DNA from: the human T2T-CHM13v2.0 reference genome, Homo sapiens
DNA length: 64,000 nucleotides
Assembly: GCF_009914755.1 (NCBI RefSeq)
Contig: NC_060929.1
Strand: one strand, 5' to 3'
Below are positions 12,900 to 26,227 of the stretch, piece by piece; position 1 is the stretch's first letter; each line of letters starts with the position of its first letter. The position numbers were made by a program, and so were the translations under genes. A model generated the notes under the pieces. The model made no database searches and was not told where the DNA came from. It worked only from the letters and a program-made list of their open reading frames with translations.

Positions 12900-14580
12900 T
12901 CAAATGCTCTTCCTCTGTACGTGTAGATAGACATTTCCATCTGGTGTTGCTTCGCTTTTGCCCATGGACTTCCTCTAACATTTCTTTTAATATGGATCTC
13001 CTGTTAATTAATTATTTCAGTATTAGTATGCTTAAAGGTTTTTATTTCACCTTTCTTTGTGAAAATCATATTTGCTCAGCATAGAATTCTAGGCTGATTT
13101 TTTTCAGTATTTTAAAGATATTGTTCTACCATCTTCTTGCTGGCATTGTTTCCAAGAAGAAATCTGTTGTCCTCATCTTTTTTCTTCTGTAAGTAATGAT
13201 CTCTCTCTTTTTTTTTTTTTTTTTTTTTTTTTTTGGTGGTGGTTTAAAGAGTTTTTTTCTTAACAATGAATGTTAGAATGTTATCTTTTTTATGATATGC
13301 CTTGGTGTGATTATTTTTCTGATTCTTGTATTTGGAGTATATTGAGCTTCTTGTATCAAATTTGGAAACTTTCATCAAACTTGGAAATTTTTGGTAATTC
13401 TTTCTTCAAATGTTTTTCTGCTCTTTCCAGGATTCCAGTTGCACTTATATTTGTCTACTTAAAGTTTCTCATAGTTCACAGATTTTAGGCTCATCTTTAA
13501 ATATTTTAAAAATGTTATATAGTTTTTCATAGCTTTCTTGTTCTCTTTTCAGGTTTATTGATCATTTCTTCTGAAACATTCAATTTGCTGTCAATACAAT
13601 CCAGTGTAGTTTTGATCCCAGACATCGTAGTTTTTGGTCTTAAATTTTGACATAGTATTTTTATCTTTCGTCTTTCTACTTACCATTTCGAATATAGGAT
13701 AAATATTTTAATGCCCTCATCTGCTAATTCCAACGTCTATGTCAATTCTGGATTAGTTTTAATTGACTGACTTTTATTCTCCTTATGGATTATATTTTCT
13801 GATTTTTTGCATGCCTTTTTTTTTATTGGATGTCAAACATCTTGAATTTTCTCATGTTGAGTACTGGATATTTTTGTATTCCTATATACATTCTTGAGCT
13901 TTGCTCTGAGATGCAGCTAAGTTATTCAGAAACAGCTTGATTCTTTCACGTCTGTCTTTTAAAGGTTTGCTAAGGAAACTATCAAAGGTATGGTTTGTTA
14001 CTCTAGGGCTAATTATTCTGCACTATAGAAGCAAACTCTTCTGAACACTCTACCTAATTCCCTGTGAATTTTGAACTTTATTTTAGTCTGTCTGGTGGGA
14101 ATAGGCACTTTTCATCCCTTTGTGAACACTGGGAACTGTTTCCTCCAATACTTCTAGTTGTTTTCCTGGCCACCGCTAGTTTTCTTGCATTTGCACACAA
14201 ATCAGCACTCTGCTGAACACTTAAGGGGGACTATGGGGTTTTCCCTCTGTGCAGCTCCCTTGTCTACAGTACTTAAACTTGCCAACTCTATCTTCCTTAA
14301 TCTCTTTGTATTCTCAGAGAACAACTTCCATAACTCTGGGATTCTGTTGGGCTTGGCCCGGGTTCTCTCTCTTTATGCTACAGCTAAAGCCTTTCTCAAA
14401 GCAGTAAGTTGGGGCAATTGTCAGGCTCACCTTTCTTTCAGGAACCACTTCACTTCATTACCTGGTATCCAATGTCTTAAAAACCATTGTTTCATATATT
14501 TTGTTTATTTTGGGGGGATGTGTCTAGACGGAGGGTATATCTGGTATCCATTACTGAATCTTGGCTGGAAGCAGAAGTTC
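12900..14580 (-). mobile_element. Ancient L1M 5' UTR plus ORF1 remnant
   Basis: Minus strand starts AACTTCTGCTTCCAGCCAAGAT (old L1M 5' terminus); degenerate ORF1 C-terminus (ILKEMLEEV) near 12960-12990; AGCCTAGAATTCTAT ORF1 motif. Contains a T27 run at 13208-13234. Confidence 0.85.
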
Positions 14581-15004
14581 ACTAAGGGTAATTTTTTATA
14601 TACCAAAACATGTTTGCTCTCGGGATATGATAGAATCTGCTTTCATATTTTATATTCCTAGAATCAAAGAGTATTTTCCTGTTCAGGTGTTTAGGAAAGA
14701 TACTCTTCCAAAGCATCTAGATACACTCTGGTGAGGATAGTAGTAGCACAATATTTGGTGACTTATGTGAGCTTGCTTCTTACCAAGCATAGCACACATT
14801 CGGGGAATCTTTTTACTTAAGCTGATAGGATTTAAGATTAAGTTGATCATGGTGTTAATGCTTCACACTTCATGTTTTATAACTAATATCTGATTTTATA
14901 TATATGATATTTGCTTACTATTAAGCCAAAATATATGGGTATACATATATATTTTTATGTGTAAGTACCTCCACACATTTACTCCCACATGTTCACACAT
15001 ATAG

Positions 15005-15335
<331 letters not shown>

Positions 15336-15588
15336 CACAGTACCTTTATTGATGACATTCATATGTATTTATATTTTCCCTTCTACAATTAATGCTTTGA
15401 CACATATCCTTGCTCATATATCTTTACAAAATTGTATGAATAGTTTTACTAAATATTTTTATGAATTGGACTTTCAGCAGACATAGGATGCACACAATTT
15501 TACTGTGACTGTAGCTGTCAGATTGCCTTTCCCAAATAATTGTGTCTTGAATTATAGTTTATATTACAATGTATATAAAATCATGACA

Positions 15589-15938
<350 letters not shown>

Positions 15939-18900
15939 TCAGAACTTATATGAAAATATTTACGTGAGATATGATAAAATTGTATAACACAATTGTATAA
16001 CATAATCCACTACAAATTTTAATTATTATTAATAAATATATAAGGATAAGGTATCAATTACTAATTTAAAACTACTCAACAAAATTGGCAGTCTAAATAA
16101 TACATATCCATTATTAATCCATAATTATATACAGTTAGCTTATTATAAAATAGATGTATGAATCTTCCATGTCAATGTCTTAAAAGACCAAATGAGATTA
16201 TTTACCTTCATAAATAGGTTTGTATACCAGTGATATGCAGTAAATACTACATTACTTCCAAATTTGTGTTAAGAGCTTATATCATAAACAATTCTCTCCA
16301 CTTTGAGAGATCAGGCCTCTAAGTAGGTGGATTTCTGCATGTAGCCTTTTCCATATTTGAAAGTAGAAGAGGAAACAGAATTAGAGAAAATTATATTGTA
16401 AACTCTCAAGGAAGGAAGCTTGTAGGAGCAGAATGGGCAGTGGTAATATAATAAAAGTAGGGTTTCCTGACTAGCCCTTTTGGATGTGTAAGAGGAACCC
16501 AGACTATATTTCTCCTCAATTTATATTGTAGGAAACCAGCCATTATTAACCATAATGTGGACAAAATATGCTAAGAAGAATTCATAATATTGCTATAGAT
16601 TCTTCTGGGATTGTTACCCAAGAAGTCTTTTTATGAGTATTGCTAAATTATCTTAACTGTTGTGTGGACAACACCCTCAGGGACAAGGACTTTATTTGCA
16701 TCTGTTACTCTGGTTGTTAATCATGGGAACAGTAGATGGAGAGAGATGAGAATGGACCCATTCGCTTTCTTTCTTTCAGGGTATTACCAACAGTAATACA
16801 GATAATAATCTGAGGAAGATAGGGTTGTTTTAATTTATTGGACATGTTGAAATAATGCTTCCTATGGGCACAGAATGAAATAAACCAACAGCCTGCATTT
16901 TAAACATCAAGTTTTCCTAGTAATGGCAGATGTGGGTAAATAGATCATATCTTCTTAATGAGGACATATTAAACTTTAGCTCTTCCCCCTGATTGGCACA
17001 CATTGAGAGCCCATATTATTTTTTAGCATTTCCAAGTGCTACTTATGAGGAACTAGATGTGAAATCATCACAAAGATGTATTGTTTGGAAGCTGACATGT
17101 GGTACATAAAGTTTGGGCTGCAGAATTAGAATAGAGAATTTAGGAAACATTTACTGTTTACATTAAAACCAATCATTCTCGAAGGGTTTTTTACACTGGG
17201 ACTGCGTTCATAGAAGGTTGTCTAAAATGTTCAAGTTACTGTTTTTCCACAACTGGATGGACCGGTTGTTTGCCAGTGTTTTGTCCAAATTTTAGTAGAT
17301 AAGAATTTCACTGAAGCTGAATCCTCACAAAGAAATATTATGAAACTGGTTTTTTTTAAGCACATAATCACAGCAGCTTCATCTTACTCCCTGAGTTTTA
17401 AAACGTAATAAACATCTTAACTGATAGCAAAATAAAAGATAAAAATCAGTATCCTCTCTTAAAATGTAATCACTTGCATTATTGGAAAGAAAACCAGATA
17501 TCCAATGTATTAATGCAAGAAATTTTCTGAAACCCAATACATGCTCTAACCCTCATAGTGGAAATGTGTGATGACGGTAGACTCTTGAAGCAAAAATCAA
17601 TTGCATGCATTCAACTGCCATTGTGATATTTATGTTGCTATTCATTCAGGATACTAGAAAGCAGACTGCTCACCTCTAATTCAATCAGGAAGAAAAATAG
17701 TCAATCCAGAAATTATCAAGCATACTCACATTTCGTGTACCAATTACTAATATAAAATAGTCTCTGCCCGCTCATTTGAATAAACTTAAGGGGAAAAAAA
17801 AGACTTTAACATACCTTACACCAACGAAAACATAAATATTATCCTGGAATGTCAGGAATTTCATCAAATCCAGTAAATTTGATTAAACAGAAGCTTTTAG
17901 ATGCAGGCTTAGGTGAACTGATTCCATTATGAATATGAAACCAACTATTTATATTCAGTAACAATTAAGGAATTCTTCACTAAATTTTTTTTCAAGATCT
18001 TCTTTTGACTTCTGCATCTTTGGTGTTTTACTAACATAATAGGTGGGCACATCTACAGAAACATTTCAGAAAGCAATGCATTTAGGTAAGAAGAAATTCA
18101 AGGGAGAGATTGGGTTGTACTGTATGACCAAAGGGGTCTTCATTACAAGTATTTTCTTGGAAACTATTGAAAACACCATTTTCTCACTGAGTTTTACTTG
18201 GTAGTGAATTTGTATTAAAAGTCTGACTTTCCACTATCTGAGATGTATGTTTGAAATTAAGCACTAGGAAAATATTCAGATGTTTCTTGCAGCCCTACAT
18301 AGTCTGAAAGAAGCCTGGAGCCGTGGTCCCGGGGCACTGTATTCTTTGGTAAGTGAAAGCATTTCAGCCTAAGAATTTAGAACAAGGCCAACAAAATTGT
18401 GGACAAGCTGAAGAAAAAAAAATGTTCAGAAAATTATTTTAAATCAGTAATGGGTTTAAATAATTTTAGAACCACATGGCAAGCTCTGTCATCAGCAAAT
18501 CACTGAGCAAATATTGATGTCAAGGAGGCAAAGATTACTTCTCTGCATCTAACTTTTGTTGAGAAAATGGAACTTAGCATTTATTTAAGACAAAATAATT
18601 TGGCTTTTAGAGAAATATGTATGCTTTGTTTGTTGTTTGTTTGTTTTTGTTTTTGTTTTTTTTTTAACAAACTACCTCAATTTCGATCCTGCAGTCTATG
18701 GCCTTCTGAAAAATAACAAGAGGAAAATAGACAGAATCTAAGTGGAGTATTGGGTCATATGAATCTGCCTTAGAAATATAATCGGGGTTATAAATCTTAA
18801 GAAAGGGACTGAAAGTATGGTTTCACAAAGAGAAATTCAAGGAAAACGTCATTGGGATAGGGGAGGCCCATATAGGTTGAAAGTACTTATGTTTCTATGA

Positions 18901-20528
18901 ATTAGATATAATTGTGAAGGGTCTATATATGCATGAGAGTGAGAGCTGATGGGGCGGGGCCAGATGAAATGCAGAAAGCACTTTTTAAATACTTTTTTTT
19001 GGATGTGTGTTGCTTATACTTATTTGTCGTTTGATGTTCTGTGAAAATATCTTCCCAAAGATTAACCCTCTTATTTCTTTGGAGAATGAGCAGTGAAAGC
19101 TCTTAGAAACATGAACTGCAGACACTTGGAGGACTCTTTTTATTAGTCAAGTGCCATTTTGCTCTTTTGCCTTCTATCCATACAGAGTTATGTTTTCCCT
19201 AATTCTCATTTGTGATGGTAAGTAGATATCCAAAATAATTTAGACCTACCAAGACATGTCTTTGCGATATGCTGATGCTTCCATGAATATAAAGACATTC
19301 TCCTGCAGGCAGTTGCGTTGGCTTTAAAATGCTAGAACTATCCATTTTGAGTGTAATTATGCAAAATAAATGAAAGAAATCTACCCTGCTGATATTTATG
19401 TAACAACTTCTGGAATAAATCTTCTGATTTACAAATATACTGGGACCATTAACTAGAAGCCACACCACATCATTATTTCACAGAACTTTAGGCAATTGTG
19501 ATGACTTTTCTCAAATCAGCATTATTTTGCAAAGTCAAATAAAACAGAACCAATTGACTTTTCCCCCAGCACTTTTGAAGAAGAAATAAAGCTGCTTAAA
19601 AATCAGTGAAGGTTGCACTTTCAGAAATATTTTTAGAAGTGCATTTTTTTTGGAAACTATGATTCTTTTCATACAATTCATTTTATTTTTTGGAGCCACT
19701 TAATATTCTTGAACCATATTTAACTTCCCTAGGAAACTGCAAAGAGTGGGTTGAAATCCATAATTATATTAAAGCTATGGTCCCAGTAACAATGGCTATT
19801 CCACAGGTGCTGACCAATGCCTTGTCATAGGAATATAAAAACAGGGAGAAAGTGAGATTTTTCTCTGCTTACTTTTAAGTAGTACTGATCCTGAAAGGAA
19901 AGTTTAAGTATTTGGAGAAAGAGATAGATGAAAAGGAAGAATTCTGTCCAGAGAAGAATTGTCAGTAGGCAAGTTCATCCATAGCCACAAGTGCCCCGAT
20001 ATGCAAGCATTTCAGTAACCCATCTCAGTATCTCTTAGGAGCTTTCGGGATTTCCTGCCCTCTGCAGGCATTCCCGACATCCTGCCCACCTCACACATTC
20101 AACCTCTCTCTGTTCTATCCCATGTCTTCAAAGTCTTAATTCTATGCTAAGTTATGGGTATTTTATTTGATCAAATACTCTTTAATTATAATTTTTTAAA
20201 TGACATATTAGCATTCTTATGGGAACTTCCTAGAAGCAATGTCTTGACTTAAAGGAATGTCTCCAAATCTTAGATGCAACTTTACGATGTAAGACTCCTG
20301 TAGGCATTTGCTAATACTGCAGTCTCACCAAAGATAATGGCATTCCATGCCTGTCAGTGAGTGGTCCCTGGTGATGACAGAAAAGTAATGTGAAGGTTGT
20401 CAGGGCTATACTTTTGAAATAAAGATCAGGCATGTGGAGTGGTTACCTTTTGACCTTCAGGTTATATATATATATATACTCAAAATTTTATTCAAAAAAA
20501 TGTTTTAAATCTATTCCTGAAAAAAACA

Positions 20529-20570
<42 letters not shown>
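20529..20570. repeat. (AT)5(AC)16 microsatellite
   Basis: Read directly. Confidence 0.97.
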
Positions 20571-20578
<8 letters not shown>

Positions 20579-20663
20579 CTATTAGTGTCTTCTGAATACA
20601 ATATCTACATGTCTGTGTATCTATAGTGATATCCCAGAATTTCAAAATCAGATGTAAACATTA

Positions 20664-21023
<360 letters not shown>

Positions 21024-21149
21024 TCATAACAAAGAAAAGGTTGAAGCAATGGCTGTCTACTTCAGGAAAATGAGTTCTACAGCTGCTAAGGCAATGAGAA
21101 TAGGTACTTTGAAAACTGGGTACTTACTTCTTTAGGGGGTTACATAGTT

Positions 21150-21370
21150 ATACATGCTTCCTACGTGCCATATTCTGTTTTGAGCACATCACACATATCA
21201 TAGTATTTACTTCCTAAAATGACCCTTAGAACAAACTTCATGACAACGTTGAGATAGGTACTGTTACTGCTCTCTTTTTACACATGAACAAACCGAGGCA
21301 CAGTGAGGTTAAGCAACTTGGTCAAAGTCACAGATAGTAAGTAGTAGAGCCAGGATTCAAACGCAGTCAC
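21150..21370 (-). mobile_element. MIR SINE
   Basis: AAACCGAGGCACAGTGAGGTTAAGCAACTTG...GTCACAG...AGAGCCAGGATTCAAAC. Confidence 0.9.
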
Positions 21371-21396
21371 CTACCACCATACTGTGCCGTCTGAGG

Positions 21397-21571
21397 CAGT
21401 ACTTCTTATAGTTTAATGTCTGCAAGAATGGCCCCACCAACTTGTTAAAACGTGGATTTTCCAGAGATTCTGATTCAACAAGTTTGGCAGGGCTTGATGA
21501 TTTACATGTCTAACAAGTTCCCGATTGACACTGATGCTGCCCATCTGCAGACCATATTGGGGGTATCACTG
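21397..21571. mobile_element. MER5A hAT-Charlie DNA transposon
   Basis: CAGT...CACTG termini; CTTGTTAAAA, CCAGAGATTCTGATTCA, TCTAACAAGTTCCC, CTGATGCTGC. Confidence 0.8.
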
Positions 21572-23100
21572 ACCTACGGAACTATGCAAATCAGCAAGAT
21601 AGAGTAATCTTGCTAGTGGGCTATCAGAATCTGGGCTCAAATTCTTTAAGAAGTCTTTCAGGGCTTCGGTTTCTGCAACAAAATAAAACCATGTTTCCCT
21701 TTTTAAACCCGAGCAGTTGTGGCATAAGTCTCTATTGGTCTAATTCCTGGCAATAGTTCCCACATTCCCTACATCTTAGCCACAACTGAATGTTTTCTAG
21801 AATAAGTGTGTACAAGTCAAATGCTCAGGAAAAGGTCCTTCACAGAGTTCTCTACCTGGCCTACCATCTGGCTGCTATGTCATTGGCTCTGTTGCTAGGA
21901 ACTTTGCTTCCCTGGACACAGCAGCCCTCCTCAAAGAGCCCTCCTTGGTGTCACCTCCCAGGCTCCAGGGGAGCACCCACTGCTCTTTTCCATCTCACTT
22001 TACTCAGAATAGGTGCTCAGCCCTTTTAAGTACTGCGTAAGTGTCTCCGCCCAGCTGGCTCTCAGACCCAGTTGCTGGCTTGCATGCACATGGCCTGCTA
22101 CAGATTTCCTGCAGCCACAGGAATGGCTCCTGGTACCTTCTCAGTCAGGCTGGCTTTTCTCCTACTATTGTTTAAGGTCTGACATTTTGTCATTGGTTTC
22201 AGCTTAGGGATTAACACTTTCCCCAAGATGATGGATGGTGGGAAATCCTTTCCTTTCAGGAAAAAAACTTTCTTTTACCCTCAATAGTGTTGTGTGACCC
22301 TGTGGCCTTAACAAGCCATTCTTAAAAGACTCTAACATTTATACATCTCCTCTAACCTGGACTACTTAACTGTGTCCACGATAACCTTGTTAAAAAGAAA
22401 ACTATGTCCCCGTGTATTTCTCCACCTGTCACAACTGGAAGTATTTTCTGATGAGAATTTGTTGTGATTTCTAATCTCTCACCTTTGGCATTCATCAACC
22501 AGTTTGGGGATTTTTCTTTTTAATCAGAAAATGATCTCCCTGAAGTGAATAAAGAAACTTCTTGAGCACAAAGATGAAAATACAGAAAAACTATAATTAG
22601 TTTATGTCAATTAACATTTTTGAAAAGAAAATATACAGACACCATTGTTTAAAACAATTAAAAAATTACACCTTACTTCTTTGAAGCAATAGGCTTATTG
22701 AACAGATTAATTTACAGATTCCATCCCAGGGAGAATTTACTTATTGTGTTTGTTTTATTTCTGATATAAAACTGTAATAATAAGCCATGTATTATATTAG
22801 GTTATTAAAATATCAAAGTGTCTTAGTACCCATTCCTGAAGCATTAGCTGGACTTTTGTTGATATCCAGTTCACTCACTTACTGATTAATTGTATAAAGA
22901 TATGAACATCATTTTCTCTTTAAAAATTAAAAAACCTGGTCCAAAAATATCATGTCCTGTTTTTTTTTTTTTTTGCATTTATATAATCAAAGTATTTGAG
23001 GAAGTTGCTTTAAAATTGTCATAGTATTAAATAAAAAAAAAAGAGACTAAGCACTTAAAAATCCAAAATAAAATGTACTCTTAAAAGATATCTGTGGCTC

Positions 23101-23395
23101 GGCCGGATGCAGTGACTCACGCTTATAATCCCTTCACTTTCGGAGGCCGAGGCGGGCAGATCATCTGAGGTCAGGAGTTTAAGACTAGCCTGGCCAACAT
23201 GATGAAACCCTGTCTCTACTAAAAAGACAAAAAATTAGCCGGGTGTGGTGGCAGGTAGGTGCCTGTAATCCCAGCTACTCGGGAGGCTGAAGTGGAAGAA
23301 TCGCTTGAACCGGGAGGCAGAGGTTGCAGTAAGCCCAGATCGCACCACTGCACTCTAGCCTGGGCAACAAGAACTAAATTCCGTCTCAAAAAAAA
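23101..23395 (+). mobile_element. Alu SINE (AluSq/Sp-like)
   Basis: Full dimer with GGGCAACAAGA; TSD AAGATATCTGTGGCTC / AAGACAGCTGTGGCTC. Confidence 0.96.
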
Positions 23396-25149
23396 GAAGA
23401 CAGCTGTGGCTCATATTAACATATATATTCTACCTGAATTATTAAATATTTTCTTCTAAGTTTTTTTTTTAACATTTTTTTCCTATGGAACCTATTCAGA
23501 ATATACAATAGATCTCTTCTATATTTGGAGGACATGTTTTACAGCTCCTCCATTAAAATACCTGGTTTTCACTCTCCAGGACTGGTAAGTAATACAGGCC
23601 TTGGTAAATAATACAGGTTAAACAATTTGATTTACATCTAGTGAAAATGGTTGCTAGGACATTACCATCAGAACTATTCTATTTGCCTTTTTTCTCAGAG
23701 TGGTAGCTGAGGATTACTCTAAAACTTACAGTGGGCGATTCCTAAAATTTCTGCCCCACATCATAACAAAGAAAAAAAAAAACCTTAATTCCTTCCTTTC
23801 GCCAGATACCCAATGGAATTTATCATTTTAAATGTCTTGACATATATGCATCCATCTACTCATATAACAAACATTGAGTATCTGCTATGTCTTACCTAGC
23901 CAATGTCAGTCAAATGCAATGCACAGAGGAAATAAATGAACCACAGTTCCCATTTCCTCTACGTTCAGATTGCAGGCACCATTATCTTAAAACACGCATC
24001 TTATGAATTTTAAAACATCAGCTTTCCTACTCCATCCTAATCCAAATATAATGTAATATTAACCTCTTCTAATCAATGACGCCACCATTCTGCTGGAGTA
24101 CACAGGTTCTAGACCTACAATTGTCTTTGATAATTCAAGTACAGTTCAGCATCTGAAGATAAAAGTTGAGTTCAAATAAGGAAAAATAACAATAGTATAG
24201 TAATAACAATAATAATATAGGATTCTCATGTAAGAGAAGTCTCCAGAAAAACCTTCATGTTTATTTAGCTCTCTAGAAATTCTCCAAATGTACAGATATG
24301 TGATTTGGGAACCCTGTTCTTAAACATGTTCTATTAGAGTTTTACAAAATTATTAATTTGAAACAAGGCTTTTCTTTTTACATTGAAAGCTACATTCTGT
24401 GCTAACAGATAGCTAGTTTTTCTTTCCCTTTGCATTTCTCTTCTACCACGGCTATAGGGGAGAAAAATCTCATATAAAGCAAACTCAATATACAAGTACT
24501 AATGGACTCGGTAACATTTAGTACTGGCAAATTGCTGAAAATTTGTCAGGTAATGTGATTTTGTTTTCAATTTATGCCACTGAAAAGTAATGTAATGTCT
24601 AATGCCAAGAAAAAAAAAACCCTACACTCCATAAAACTGTATTACTGTATATGGGTTTGGCATTTGAGAAGCAAATGAGAGCAAGTTGCCCTTTTCTATA
24701 TTTCTTAAACAGTGTGTAAAGTTGTTAGATTATACTGTAACATTTTCAGAAATCCTTTGTGCTATAAGAAAATTGCCTGCAAGAGCATGGCGATGTGTAC
24801 CAAACGTAAAGCATGTGATTGAGAACTCAAATGGCGAAGTGGGGAAGAAAGACCCAGAGCTAGATTCAGAGACTAGGGGCATCCAGTATTCCATCAATAT
24901 GTCAACCTGGGATTTTAGCTTCTTGACCAAGCAAAAGAAAAATAGTAAAATTCCAGATACATGAATGAAATTCTTAGTAATGCAGATTTAAATCAAATGC
25001 CCACTTCGGGCAATTCTATATTCTTTTAAAATACTGCAAATGCAAATTCTTCAGACTGAGATGTTAAATGTTTTCTTTAATAATCTACTATGCTGCTTTC
25101 AGAAAGAGGGAAGGATAACTACTGGGAGTCTATTATTTTGGGAGGGCTT

Positions 25150-25345
25150 ATTCTGAAGTTCTGGAGAAAAATCTCGATTTTAATCTTTCTGTCATGTATT
25201 TTATTAACTTGAATAGCTTTCTTATGTTTTTGAACCAATTTCCTCATTGGAAATTTTGGGATAATAAGAATGAAGTCTTCTTTACATATCTCACAAGATT
25301 GTTGTGAGGATCAAATTAAATGGAGAGAATGCTTTAAATATAAGT
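25150..25345 (+). mobile_element. MIR fragment (degraded)
   Basis: AATTTCCTCATTGGAAATTTTGGGATAATAA and TCACAAGATTGTTGTGAGGATCAAAT. Confidence 0.6.
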
Positions 25346-25933
25346 TATGAGAATCACATATCTTGGAAATCTTGTTTCCTCATGCACACAATTTTCTATA
25401 CTTAAGGCATAAGGAATGATCTTCACGCTTATTGCTTGGCTTTCTAGGTATTAAAGCAAAACAAGTCATGGAATGAAAGTCAAGCCACTGGGGTTCAAGC
25501 CCCAGCTTTGTCCTAAATTCATAGTATCAGAATGGCCTGGGAGAAATCGAAAATAACTGGGAATGATTATAAAGACCTGGTCTGACCCAACTCTTCAGGC
25601 GAATTTCGAAAGGCAACTTCTATGTTTACTCAGTAGAGCTTTCTTCAAGCCTTATGAAATTAGAGGACGACTTTTAGCAGTTCTTATCAACTACTTTTGG
25701 TAACACCAGTGACCTCATCCCATTGATGAACTCTAGACAGCCTCTATTAACCTGTGAAAAATGATTCTCTATGACACGTATGTATTTAGGGATAAACCCA
25801 GCGTCATCTCAGTGACCTTTTCCTTTTCCATTATCAGCTTTTCTTATTATTAAGCTAATATTTCACGTTTCTTTTGATCTTCTGCTTTTCTTTTCCTTCC
25901 AACTTTGTGTGGTCTTTCCTTAGGCAGTTTTCT

Positions 25934-26227
25934 TTTTTCTTCTTTTTTTTTGTTTTTTGAGATGGAGTCTCGCACTGTCGTCTGGGCTGGAGTACAGTGG
26001 TGTGATGTTGTTTCACTGCAACCTCCACCTCCCAGGTTCAAGCCTCAGCCTCCCAAGTAGCTGTGATTACATGCACCCGCCACCACGCCCGACTAATATT
26101 TTGTATTTTTAGTAGAGAGAGATTTCACTATGCTGTCCAGGCTGGTCTCAAACGCCTGACCTCGTGATCCACCTGCCTCAGGCTCCCAACGTGCTGGGAT
26201 TACAGATGTGAGCCACCACACCCACCC
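25934..26227 (-). mobile_element. Alu SINE (AluSg-like) with internal 11-bp deletion
   Basis: Antisense dimer; perfect TSD GGCAGTTTTCT (25923-25933, 26228-26238). Confidence 0.96.

Noticed and set aside
13208-13234. T27 run as a possible tail-only retroinsertion
   Set aside because: No TSD; it sits at a T-rich position of the host L1, so expansion is simpler.
14158-14661. Longest ORF (167 aa, plus strand)
   Set aside because: Lies antisense within an ancient L1 5' UTR, starts at a non-ATG codon and resembles no protein I recognise; consistent with chance.
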